DNA of 64,000 bases, taken from Podarcis liolepis. Its lineage: Eukaryota. The translations under genes were made by a program, and so were the position numbers. The notes beneath the pieces were generated by a model. It was not told where the DNA came from. It worked only from the letters and a program-made list of their open reading frames with translations, and ran no database searches. Location of the stretch: NCBI GenBank assembly GCA_965112155.1, contig OZ218098.1. One strand, given 5' to 3'. Shown one piece after another: positions 35,686 to 47,149 of the stretch (position 1 is the stretch's first letter; every line of letters begins with the position of its first letter).

Positions 35686-38600
35686 CTAGGAGGACACAAA
35701 TATGCTGAGGGTAAGAACAGCCAGAGAGGGCAGCACATCCTTCCCTCCCTGCCCAACGAGACCGGACTGGCCATTTTCTACCAGAAGAACCTTACACCAC
35801 CCCACCTGCACAAAGCACACTGCTTTACATTCTATGATTATATATAAAATGATGGTGGAGGGCATTATTCTCACTCCTGTTTTGTTTTAAGCTGTGAAAT
35901 CACATTGTCTAAAACAATACAAATAAACCAAACTTGTATGGCTATACTTATTGATGATATTATTTCTAATATAGATATTAAATGGTTATACTTAATTGTT
36001 CACTTGATATTTTGTGAACTGCTTTGGGCACCGTTTTGAGGGCAAGTGGCATAAAAGCAAGTGGATGACGACAATATATTGCAAGGAGAGAGGGAAAGGG
36101 CCTTTGTTCTGTAATCCCAACCTGCAAACAGGACTGGTGGCCAAGGGTTAGATTTAAATCTATGTGAAAAAATCTGCAGTGCACAAGTCTGCCTGACCTT
36201 TTGGGATACCTGCTTCTCCCCAAGCTGGGCAGGAAGATTCAGTGTAGATAGTTAACCTACTCCTCCCTGCAACTAAAAGCATTTACCAAACCTAGGAGCA
36301 TCCAGCCTCCAGAGTTCCATATACAATAAAAGCTGATAGGAAAAGACCCTAAAGGCAGCTGATCTGATTTGGGCTCTAGTTGGCTGGTTTGGCTTTGGAC
36401 TTCCTTGATGAGATTGTCCTCTTTTACTCACAAGGAAGCCTTGGTAGACTGGCAGAGTCTATGTGCAGGAGGAGGATCAGAAGCGACTTTGTGGGAATCG
36501 CCTCATCTTGCTCACCTGTTGTTGTTGCTGCTGCTGCCGCCGGTATTCCTCCTCGCTGGCCGACAGGGCCCGAGCCAGTGCAAGGTCTTCCTCTTCCTGG
36601 GCGCTGTTTGAGACACAGGACTGGATGAGTCAGGCATGCTGCACAATTAAGAATCTGTACCCCCAGCAACTTCCTGGCACATTCCTCCCGAGATAGGGGA
36701 GCGATTTATTTTAACAAAAACTTGCATTCCATTTAAATCATAAAAACCTCCAAGCAGAGGTCAGTATGTTGGTGTGCACATAGTGATCTCACCACATTTA
36801 GATCTGTATTTAATGCTTTGAGGGCCTAAGCAGCACAGACGTCTATGCTCTGCCTCCACAGCTGCAGGCAGTAATGCTACTCAATACCACTTACTGGAAA
36901 CCACAGGAGGAGAGTGGGGTCAAGCTCGGGTCCTGCCTGCCAGTTTCCCACAGACATCTGCTGGACTAGATGGGCCAGTGGCCTGATCCAGCAGGCTCTC
37001 CTTATACTCGGAGGACTGGAACTGATGTGAACAGTCCTCTGGTTACATGAATGTTAACACAGCCTTTTCCGCCCCCCACTCCGTTCTCTGCCAGAGCGTC
37101 TCCCATATATGCAGACTCCAAGCAGGCAGCCTGGCACAGTGGCGCCAGTGAGATCTTGAAGCCAGCTGATCTCTGCAGGGCTGGCGCAACCGTGCTGTAC
37201 CTGCGGGGTTGTGGTTGGGTGGGCACTGCCTCTGCTAGGGACATCTCCAAGGCTCGCTGCAGCGCTTCCTCCTCACTCTGAAACACAAAAGCAGATTCAG
37301 CCTGCCGTGGAGGAGGCTAACAGCCCCAGCAACTTGTAGCTTATTGGTACAGGGCAAAGCATATGCCAAGACCAAACTAAGCCTCCTGATGTACCGTATT
37401 TTTTGCTCTATAAGACTCACTTTTTCCCTCCTAAAAAGTAAGGGGAAATGTGTGTGCGTCTTATGGAGCGAATGCAGGCTGCACAGCTATCCCAGAAGCC
37501 AGAACAGCAAGAGGGATTGCTGCTTTCCCTGCGCAGCGATCCCTCTTGCTGTTCTGGCTTCTGAGATTCAGAATATTTTTTTTCTTGTTTTCCTCCTCCA
37601 AAAACTAGGTGCGTCTTGTGGTCTGGTGCATCTTATAGGGCGAAAAATACGGTATATTGTACCCACGAGGCATAGTTTGGTCAGAATTCAGTATACACTT
37701 CCAGAGTTAACACTAAAAACATTACTTCTGGTGAATGAGCCAACACAGCCCCTAGGGGGCCATGAACATTTGTGCCCCAGACTTTTTAGACTCATCTACC
37801 CATATACTACCAAACCAAAGGGACACATTGGTTGCAAGGTGTGAATTTTCTTTCAGCTCTTCTACCCCACTGTGGAGGTTTTCACTAGAGGGAGTTTGGG
37901 TGGGGGGACAGGAATTTTTACCAGCTTTCCCCTTTCCCTTGCAGTCACCAATACTGTCTTTCCAACCCTCTGGAGCAGACTTTCTCGAGGCCTAGGGGAA
38001 AGGAAGAACTGCAGAAAATCACCTCCCCCACTTCTGCCCTTGGGTGCATCCAGTTAGCAGAGTGCCACAGTGGACAAATCTGGACCCAGCCCACCCTGTC
38101 CCACCACAGCGACCACTCACAGATGCATATTAAACAAAGGACATGAAGCGATATGTCCACTTGTAAGCTGAGACGAGGCTTACAAGTGAAGGCACCCACA
38201 AGATAATACATTATTTCTCTCTCTGTTTCCTGGCTTCTTGGTTTCATTTGTAATTCAGCTTAAGATTTTTGTTCTCACTTTTGAAGCTCTTACTTATTTG
38301 CCTCTCCTCCTGATCTGTCCTTGGTTCCCCACTGGATTCCATTCTGAACACTTATACACGACTCTTCTCCTTGTTACACCCAGGATTTCTTGTCCCAACT
38401 ACCACCACCCTTTCTCTCTGGCTTCTTTTTAACACTAGAACATTTCCCCCCTGCAAATATTCACAGTTTGTTGTTTCTTTACAAACAGTAACTTCTTAAA
38501 ATGCATTTCCCCTGTTTCTGCCTGTCAGCTCCACCCCACCCTGCATTTGGGTCCTTTTAAACCTATTTGATTTCTAATATTTCTAGGTTTATATTCAGAA

Positions 38601-41214
38601 AAAAACAACCCATTTGTGTAACTGACAATGCTGTATATATATCAGAAGTAAGCACCATCAATTTCAATGAGGATTATTCTCAGTGGGTCTAGGATTGCAG
38701 TCTTTAAACTGTTTTCAGATTACTGTCTTAAACCAGGAAACACACAACTTTGTATTTCTGTCTTATTCCCATTTTTTCCTGCTTAAGACTGCAAGCAGTT
38801 TTGCAAGCCATTTGTTTTCTCTCATGTAAATAACCCAGTATATTCTGGAATGAGATCCTAACAACATATATCCGCTTTGCAGCCATTTACCTGGAGTGTG
38901 GCATATGTGCAATGGAAAAGGCAACAGCCTGTGTTTAATGGTGTAAATGCCCAGTTTGTTGGCCAGGACTTACCAATCCATTCTGCAGGGCAACCACCGG
39001 AGGAGATATGCTTTGTGGCGGAGGAGGTGCTCTTGCCATCTCACTGGCTCTGTGTGCAAAAAAAGATGTCAACTGTCACTACTTGTGAGGCATGTAAGAT
39101 GGAGAGGGAAAATCCCCAGGGATAATCCACCAGGGTGCCTTGGAACGTAACCCCTGCGTCCATTGGGAGTTGCCTGTGCAATGCTTCCTGAAGCTGTACG
39201 GTAGGCTTAGAAGAAAGGGTAGGGGACAACGCAGACTCGGGCAGTTATTGTACCTGCTGGAGGTTGGCAGAGCTGCAGCAGCTCTCGTGGCTCCGTTGCT
39301 GGGTGTAGTGCTTGTAGGTGCTTTGGCAGGTTTTTGAGCTCTGGCGATCGCAGCACTCCTGAAACGGGAAACGCAACTCTTGGTAAAAGGAGCACCTCTC
39401 TCGGCATTGCAGCAAGCCCTTCCCCCTTCCCTTGAGACTAGCAAGAATCCACTCCAGCACTATCCTTTCAGGGACAATGTGAACTGTTGACCATCAACAT
39501 CTGGAGGGCCACAGGCCCCCAACTCGTGTGCTGGAACAACCAAGGATGGGGAGGAAACCACTGTCTCCTGAAGAATGCACACCAGCATTACTGCATGGCT
39601 GCAGGCGTGTGTCTGGCACATGCCAACCGTTTTGCCCAGGCCAGCCCTCTGTCCCGCCTTTACCCTGCCTTGGAGAGGGAATGCCCAGGGCCAGCGCAGT
39701 CATGATCCAGTGGGTGTCGGTGCTTGAGGCAGAAGTTGCCGTGGCACTGGTCACACAGAACCTTCATCATCTCCCGTTGCTTGCAGCCAGACCTCTGACA
39801 CTTGTTGGTAAAGATCTAGGCAGATGGACACAGTTGTGATTCAAGACAGTTGGGGGGGGGGAAGGAAGGCACCCAGGACACAGCTGCTTTCTAAATGCAT
39901 GCAAGAGACCTTTGCTCGTTGCAAAGTGACCTCTCTGGGGCACAAGCCTGGGCAGTGTGCATGGAGGTCCTGGACTGCCCAAATGACAAGGAAATGCCGA
40001 ACTGCAAGCCTCTAACCAATGAGAAGTTACATCCGAATTACGGTAATCCCCAAGAATTGGCCTCCAGATGCTGCTGGACTACAACTCCCATCATTCCTGA
40101 CCATGGCCATGTTGGCTGGGGTTGATGGGAGTTGCAGTCCAACAATATTTAGAGGACCACACATTTCCTCCACCCCTGTTTTGAAGCTTGCTCTTCTAAC
40201 TTGTCTGGCCCCAATTTGGCTTGTAGCTAGTCTGAACTCTGCAGCCAGACTAAACTCACTAGTGCTACTCAATTTGGATGTACAGCTCGTCCGTTATCCC
40301 AGCCCTTCAGATACCCTCCAGAGAAAGACCCACAGAAACCCCAAGCTGTGGGTTGCTCACAGTTCTGCCATTGAAAGGACCCCTAACCATCTGGACCACA
40401 CTGCATAGGAACATAGCAAGCTGTGTTATATCAAGATGATTGGTCCATCTAGCTGATTGACTGGCAAAGACTCTGCAGGGTTTGGGACAGGGGTCTCTCC
40501 CAGCCTGACCTGGAAATTACAGGTACTTTTTTGTAAGAAAACACACTCTATCACTGAATAATGGCCCCAAACCTGCTTGTGGAACCCAGAGTCTGCTGAG
40601 ACACACAATCCAGAGCACAGGGCATATCAGATTTTGTGTGTGTATATGTTTAAATATTAATTTATAAGGAAATTATATTTCTATATGCATAGAAAAACAC
40701 AAAATTAGGGTTGCATCCAACTGTTGTATGTCTACCTATCTGATTCTGATGGACTTAAAGCAACGTGTCCCACAAGAGGCAGCAGAGAGGACGGGTGCAG
40801 CCTCTTACCTTGCGCTTGCGCTGAGCTGGGTCCGATTTGCAGTCCTGGTCAATGTGTGCTCCCACCACAATGTCAGGCATCTCTCCCCGCTTGACAGGGA
40901 TCGGGATGCTGCAGAGTGGGCACACGGGGACCTGCACATCCTGGGGACAGAACAGACAGAAAGCAGGTTACACAATGGCCCCTGGCCCACTCAGTATGAG
41001 AGCATACTAGATGCTGCAGGGTCTCCTCATCTCCTAAGGTGTGCTCCTGTTCGTGGTTCCAGAGGGCCATGACTTCCAAGAAGAGTATTCTGTTCTCCAT
41101 CCGCCCCACTCCCCAATCTCCATGTTTATTTTCTAACTGACATTCAAAATTCTGTATCTACTGAGCAGGTGCAGTTTTCACTGGCTGTTTGGGGAGATTC
41201 TTTAGCCCATTGGG

Positions 41215-41257
<43 letters not shown>

Positions 41258-44200
41258 GCTGAGGTAAAAGTAAAGGATCCACTGACGGTTAAGTTCAATC
41301 AAAGGTGACTATGGGGTGCAGCACCCATCTCACTTCAGGCTGAAGGAGCCTGTGTTTGTCCACAGACAGCTTTCCAGATCATGGGGCCAGCATGACTAAA
41401 CTGCTTCTTGTGCAACGGGGCACCGTGACAGAAGCCAGAGCACATGGAAATGCTGTTTACCTTTCTGCTGCAGCAGTACCTATTTATCTACTTGCATCAG
41501 CATGCTTTTGAACTGCTAGGTTGGGAGAGCCTGGGACAGAGCAATGGGAGCTCACCCCATCGTGGGGATTTGAACCGCCAACCTTCTGATCGGCAAGCCC
41601 AAGAGGCTCAGTGGTTTAGACCACAGCGCCACCCGCATCACACACACACAAATCTTCAGAGTTCCCCAAATAATCTATTTTGTCCATCAATGGCCCTGTT
41701 TTGGCTCAATTTCTGTTGGCACTCACCACCTAAGTTCACTATTAAAGAGAGTGAACACCGTCCCATTAAAATGTAACATCCCATTACAGCCACTAGTTGG
41801 CATTGACCCATGACAGGGCCTGCTCAGTGGTGGGTCTCCACTTGTGGAATGCCCTCCCTGGTGAGGTGTATTTGTTTCTATCATTACTAACCTTCAGAAG
41901 GAATTTTTAAATTGTCCTGTTTACTCAGCTATCTGATCCTGAAAGCTACTATTCCTGGCAACCCTGAAATCATTGGCTGGGAGAATGTTGATTTTTTCTA
42001 AACAGCTTTCATAATGTTTCTAATTATAATCGTTTAATGATGTGTTTGCTGCACAGGGAGCCTTTGAACAAATAACTGAAGAAACAGCAAACTAACAGTC
42101 AGTCCCAATAAGAAGCACTTCCAGAAAATGCTCAGATTTTGAAAAGAAACAGCTTCCTCCACAGCAGGACAAATTTCACCCTTTGGCATAAACAAGGTCA
42201 GTGTGTTTCATGAACGTGGAGAGGGCATCTACACCTGATGTGTCAGAGTGCCGCGAGCGACCACACTGTCCCCTCCAAGTTTCACTTACCTTCTTGTAAG
42301 CCGAAGTGCAGTTGTGATGGGCGTAGGCAACGTGGTCAGTGCAAAACAGCTGTTCACAAGCATCACATTTCAGGGGGAGGAAATCTGAGGGGCAGGAAAG
42401 GACAATACAATGAAGAGTTGCAGCTGTCTTCTCTGCAGCCCTACACGGGACTTGCTAGGTATCCTTTATTTTAAGCCAAGAACATGCTGGATATGCAATC
42501 TCCCAAGAGCATATGGGAAAGGTAAGAAAAGATCTGAGCACAATGACGATGCCATAGTAACTGATGACTAACACAGACTCAAATAGGTATGCAACTAGGA
42601 AAATAAGATCCAAGCTACCCCCTTCAGCAGCCCCTGACTGATGGGCTCAAGTAACAAGCTAATATCCAATTCTCCCCAGGACTCTTCAAATAAAGAGAAC
42701 TAGGAAAAAGCTTCTACGAATAGGACAGGAAGAAAGTGCATTTATTTTTGTCTTATCGAGAAACTGAGCCAGAGCCAGATTGCATGGCAGGTGGCTGAGT
42801 TGGTAGAGAAAAACCTGGCGTGCAATAAAAGATTGTGGACAACTAAGCAAAATGTTCCCAAACATTCACACACACACACACCAAGTTCTACACAGTAGGA
42901 GGGCTTCTACTTCAACAAACACTGGGGTGTGTGAACCCCATGTCTAATCTTAATTGGCACAAACAGTGGGACCTGTTTCAAAGCCCATCTGCATAAGAGG
43001 GCAGTTTACATTTCATCCTAGGTAGCACCCCCAGAAGGATCCCAATCCCTGACCATAGCAGTTTTCTTGCATCAGCATGATGGGCTACAATCCTTTCTGT
43101 CTGAAGCATGCAAACACAACTAGTATTTTCTAGCTAAAAAGCACCAGTGTTAATGTTGTTACAGTGGGACCTCGGGTTAAGAACTTAATTCGTTCTGGAG
43201 GTCTGTTCTTAACCTGAAACTGTTCTTAATCTGAAGCACCACTTTAGCTAATGGGGCCTCCTGCTGCTGCTACGCCGCCGCTGCACAATTTCTGTTCTCA
43301 TCCTGAAGCAAAGTTCTTAACCCGAGGTACCACTGTATCTGGGATTCCCCGAAGCTAGATAGATTGTTCTTCTTGTATGAGAGAGCGTGGCTGGGTAAGG
43401 TAGAAGTGAGGAAACCTGCAACTCTCCAGATGTTCTTTGTCTCCAACTACCATCCCATCCCCAATCAGTGTAGCCAATGGTTAGCGGTGGTGTAAATAGC
43501 GACATATGAAGGACCATAGATTTTCCATTCTTGGCATAAGGGATGTGTTCATATGAGACAGGTAGCAAAGGAAGCTGCCTTTATACTGAGTCAACCTAGC
43601 TCACTGAAGGGCAGCGACTCTCCCAAGAGTTCAGTTAGAAGTAATCTTTTGCAGCCATATCAGAAGATGCCAGGAATCAAACTTGGAACTTTCTGGATAT
43701 TTATTTAAATAATTTATATACCGCTTAATCATTAGCATTACTAATAAACCATACAAGAAACAAAACAATAAAAATGGATAATAAAACTTAACATAAACCC
43801 AAACACTACCTTAAAGTATCTGCTGGGATGAGAAAGTTGCAAACATATGTTTGTAACAGGAGCAGGAAACCAGGTTTTAAGAAATTGTATTAAAGTAATT
43901 TGGTTTGATTTGTAATAATTTGGAAACATAATAAAAAATAATTTTTTAAAAAGCAAGTTTGTCATATGCCTGAAGTTCAGCAAGAAGAGTGTCTATCAAA
44001 TCTCAGCTGGGAGGGAGTTCCATAAGCTAGGATTCACTATAAGGAATGCACAGCTTCTAGTAGTTACGAGACATGCATCTGAACCATGGAAGACAACCAA
44101 CAGAGACTCCCTGAAAGATTTCAGTGATCAGACAGGGATGTAGGGGACCACCTAATCCTTAAGATATCCTAGACCCAAGTAGCTAAGGGTCTTGCAAATT

Positions 44201-46265
44201 AATACAAGAACTATGCACCTGACCCAGTAACATGTAGCCAGCTACTACACATTTTTTAAGCACCAGGGTTATGTTCCTGCCTCCATCAACAGCCCACCCA
44301 TAGCAATTTGCAGCAGCTGGAGCTTCTGAACCAAGCACAAGGGTAGCCCCACAGGTAGTAATCAAGAACTGAGGTTACCAGTGCATGAATTACCACAGCC
44401 AGGCTATCCCTATCCAAGAATGGCTATTGTTGATGCACCTGCCATAGTTGGTACAATGTACTCCTAGCCACTGAGGCAATCTGAAACTCACGTGACAAAG
44501 ATGGATCCAGGAGCACTCACAAACCTGCTGTTTCAGAGGGAGAGTAACTGGCAAATGGCTTATCTCTCAGACACAGGAACCATCTATCCACAGTACCTCC
44601 AGCTTCCCAGGGTTTAAGCTCAGTTTATTTGCCTTCATCCATTCCACAACTAGACAATGTTCCAGACCAAACACAGCCTCTTGTGACTCAGATGTTACGG
44701 AAAAACAGAATTGCTCCAAACAGCTGCAGAATCATGCCCTGTGGCACAGCATAACAAAAGGACCATGGGACAAAGATGCAATCTCTCAGTGCTATCCACT
44801 GGACATAGCCCTGTACGCAGGAATGGGGCCAATGTAAAAAGTGCCCCCAACACTCATCCCACCATGCTGTTCCAGGAGGACACTGATCAATGGCTTCAAA
44901 AGCCACAGACTGGGAGGCAGAAGCACAGGCGCATTCCACTTGTCCTGCTCTCAATACGGATCATCTATCCAAGTAACCAAGGCTTATTCCAACCTGTGCC
45001 TGATTCCAAGCTGAGATGGATCCTGATCGTCTGCATCCTCTAGGAACTCCAGTTCTGCTCTGCCATCACTCTCTCTGCCACCTTGATCAATAATAAAGCA
45101 GTTGTTCTATCACTGAGCTATGGCCTTTCCCTTAAAGGTAGAGCTAATGAAAACAAAAACAAAGACTGTGCAGTGTGCTATGATCATTAGCACTTGCTCG
45201 ATTTCTTCTGGGAATGAAATTTATGCCATTACCTTAAGCACTGAAGCAACCTGGGACACCAAGATCATTTATAATTTGGAAAATACAAAGGGTGCGTCTC
45301 CATAGAGATGCACCTACTTACCTGTTAGCTTTTTACCAACACTAACACACCACCTAAATGGAGGCAAGCCCTTTTAACATGCTGTGCCCCACATGTAAAA
45401 GAATATGCTGGAGCCATCACGACATGCTATCCAAGCTGCAACAAACTACCAGCATAACTTGTGCATGATGACAGAAACAATTTCAGAAATTGTCTAGCTA
45501 GTTCCTAGAAGTCATCAGTACTTACCAAAACAAGATATGAGCTGTTGAGAAAACAGAAGCCCTTGAAAAAAATCAGCACAAATCTGCCTGCTAACACTTT
45601 CATGAACTACAGCTCCACAACATGCTCAAGGTTCATTTCAGTGGAAAATTTTTGCGTAGTGTGCTTAGCTTCAAAACACATCCCTTGGCTGAAGGGCAAA
45701 TCTGACTCAAAAACAAGAATTTTGATATTCAGTCCCAGAACACACACTCGTAAGCAGACGCAGAAAATCCAGGCTCCCACACTCAGTAGTACAACCTGTT
45801 ATGAAACACCACACTGCTCTTTGTATTGGGGGGGGGGGGGTAGAATGGAAGAATTCTGATGACTAGTCTGTATTTGTGTCACAGCTGCAAACAGAGTTTT
45901 GCTTCTCATCCTGTTTTAGTGGCTGTTGTTTACTGCCTACCTTGGCACAGTATTTCGTCCCTCCTCACCCCACCCCACCCGTTTTTACTTTTGTCCACTT
46001 AGCTCGGAACTGTTTGCACAAACTTGCAAAGACTCTCCACGATCTGACAGGAGCCTTTCCCAGCCCAGAGTCGAGGGACTGAACATGAGAACTTCTGCCA
46101 AACTATAATCCTTCCCATTCCCAGTCCCTTGACCTCAGTTTAGTTCCCCAAGGAGATAGAAACCAGGAAGGGAGTCCATGTGAGGCATGCAGCTAAAGAC
46201 AGATTCTCACCAAGGCGCTTGCAAGACGGTTCTGAGCAGTGGGCACCTAAATCTGGAAACTCCAT
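35647..46265 (-). CDS. ZFAND2B: ZFAND2B (AIRAPL): two AN1 zinc fingers, two UIMs, C-terminal CAAX; 9 exons, 272 aa
   Basis: Exons (- strand) 46265-46211 (MEFPDLGAHCSEPSCKRL), 42384-42290 (DFLPLKCDAC...), 40940-40809 (DVQVPVCPLC...), 39815-39664 (IFTNKC...FCLKHRHPLDHDC), 39358-39254, 39049-38974 (..VALQNGL), 37277-37201 (SEEEALQRALEMSL), 36603-36516 (QEEEDLALARALSASEEE), 35685-35647 (ARSTKPSNCCLS*). Total 819 nt with consistent phases. Confidence 0.95.
36516..36603 (-). CDS. ZFAND2B: ZFAND2B exon 8 (UIM2 + Q7)
   Basis: acag/gtgagc. Confidence 0.88.
37201..37277 (-). CDS. ZFAND2B: ZFAND2B exon 7 (UIM1)
   Basis: tcag/gtacag. Confidence 0.9.
37394..37652. mobile_element. Tc1/mariner-type MITE with internal long hairpin
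   Basis: TA TSDs; TIRs CCGTATTTTTTGCTCTATAAGA / TCTTATAGGGCGAAAAATACGG. Confidence 0.85.
38974..39049 (-). CDS. ZFAND2B: ZFAND2B exon 6 (...SPPVVALQNGL)
   Basis: acag/gtaagt. Confidence 0.87.
39254..39358 (-). CDS. ZFAND2B: ZFAND2B exon 5 (SAAIARAQ...)
   Basis: tcag/gtacaa. Confidence 0.85.
39664..39815 (-). CDS. ZFAND2B: ZFAND2B exon 4 (AN1 finger 2)
   Basis: ctag/gtaaag. Confidence 0.93.
40060..40160. repeat. Short palindromic interspersed repeat (CCTCCAGATGCTGCTGGACTACAACTCCCATCA..TGATGGGAGTTG..); copies at ~1055-1150, ~16474-16545, ~43420-43510, 56511-57285
   Basis: Internal inverted repeat CAACTCCCATCA / TGATGGGAGTTG; several diverged copies in the window. Confidence 0.7.
40809..40940 (-). 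CDS. ZFAND2B: ZFAND2B exon 3
   Basis: ccag/gtaaga. Confidence 0.93.
41215..41256. repeat. (GATA)n microsatellite next to the Sauria SINE tail
   Basis: direct reading. Confidence 0.9.
41262..41634 (-). mobile_element. Sauria SINE (full length)
   Basis: tRNA-like head on - strand (GGTGGCGCTGTGGTCTAAACCACTGAGCCTCTTGGGCTTGCCGATCAGAAGG..GGTTCAAATCC), conserved body, degenerate ACCTTT-type tail. Confidence 0.85.
42290..42384 (-). CDS. ZFAND2B: ZFAND2B exon 2 (AN1 finger 1)
   Basis: tcag/gtaagt. Confidence 0.93.
43162..43335. mobile_element. Tigger/mariner-like MITE
   Basis: TA TSDs; TIRs CAGTGGGACCTCGGGTTAAGAACTT / AAGTTCTTAACCCGAGGTACCACTG. Confidence 0.87.
43960..45070 (-). mobile_element. 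Old degenerate L2-like LINE fragment
   Basis: Interrupted RT-like peptides on - strand (AFEAIDQ, YAVPQGMILQL) and an L2-like 3' end. Confidence 0.5.
46211..46265 (-). CDS. ZFAND2B: ZFAND2B coding exon 1
   Basis: gcgccATGG Kozak; gtgaga donor. Confidence 0.93.
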
Positions 46266-47039
46266 GGCGCTGCAACGGGGCTGGAGTCAGCGAGGGATGA
46301 GGGGCAATAATCCTACCTGCTGGGGAAAAAACAGGGTTAGAAACTGCGGGATCAGAGCACAGGAGGGAGTTGTCACCAAAGGAGGGAGGAGATGCCGCAG
46401 CACCCACGGGGGCAGAGTGAGAAGAAAGAGGAGGAGGAGCTGCAGCACCCATGGGTGCTTCAGCAGCTAACGAAGGGGCGCGAGGCATAGCACCCAAACG
46501 GTGTGGAAAGAGAAGGGAGAGCAGCATTGTCGGCTAAAGATAAGCCACACAGCAGGAAGGAGGAAAAATAACCCATGAAGAAAACAGGAGAAAGCAGGGA
46601 GGGGGACAGATCAGTACCAAAAACAGCAGGTAGACTCCGCCTTCTCTGCTGCAAACAAGGAAACCTTGGCTCTTCCCACCCCACCCACTTCCGCTCCTAG
46701 GTTCGGTGACGTCATTTTGCAAGGCCCATATGGCCATGCTATGGACATTCGAGAAATTCAATCAGACATTCCTTGTCACTAGCCTCGCCCCGCCCCCCGC
46801 CCCCGGGAAGGAGCCCCGTTTGCCTTAGCACCGTGGAATGTTGGGAAATGTAGTAGAACGCTGGATGCGCTTCCAGGAGCCGGAGCCGCCTTCTACTCGC
46901 CTAGAAGTGGAATGGCGCGGTGTATGATGGTAGCTGAAGTCACGCGTTGCGTAGTTCCCGCTTTTTCCTTATGCCGGGCAGTTCCGTCAGCGTCCCTCAT
47001 ACGCTTGAGTGAGGGGAGTGGGGCGGGGTGCGCTTGAAG

Positions 47040-47149
47040 CCGCCGCACGCGGCATTCTGGTCCCGCCTTGGCCGGAAGTGTCTCTATGGTGACGGCGGGA
47101 GGTTCGGGTTGGGCTAGAGGGGGCCAAGCCACCGCCCGCCCCGGAGCCG
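47040..47149 (+). other. TTLL4: Probable non-coding first exon of TTLL4 (5' boundary uncertain)
   Basis: Consensus donor GTAAGT at 47150 in the CpG island; an acceptor at 54961 precedes the first coding exon. Confidence 0.55.

Noticed and set aside
36376-36420. Possible alternative ZFAND2B last exon (RTISSRKSKAKPAN*)
   Set aside because: The acceptor lacks a polypyrimidine tract. The 35685-35647 exon has a good acceptor and the expected CAAX end.
46744-46759. Heat-shock-element-like TTCGAGAAATTC in the ZFAND2B promoter
   Set aside because: Only two correctly spaced nGAAn units; the third is out of register.
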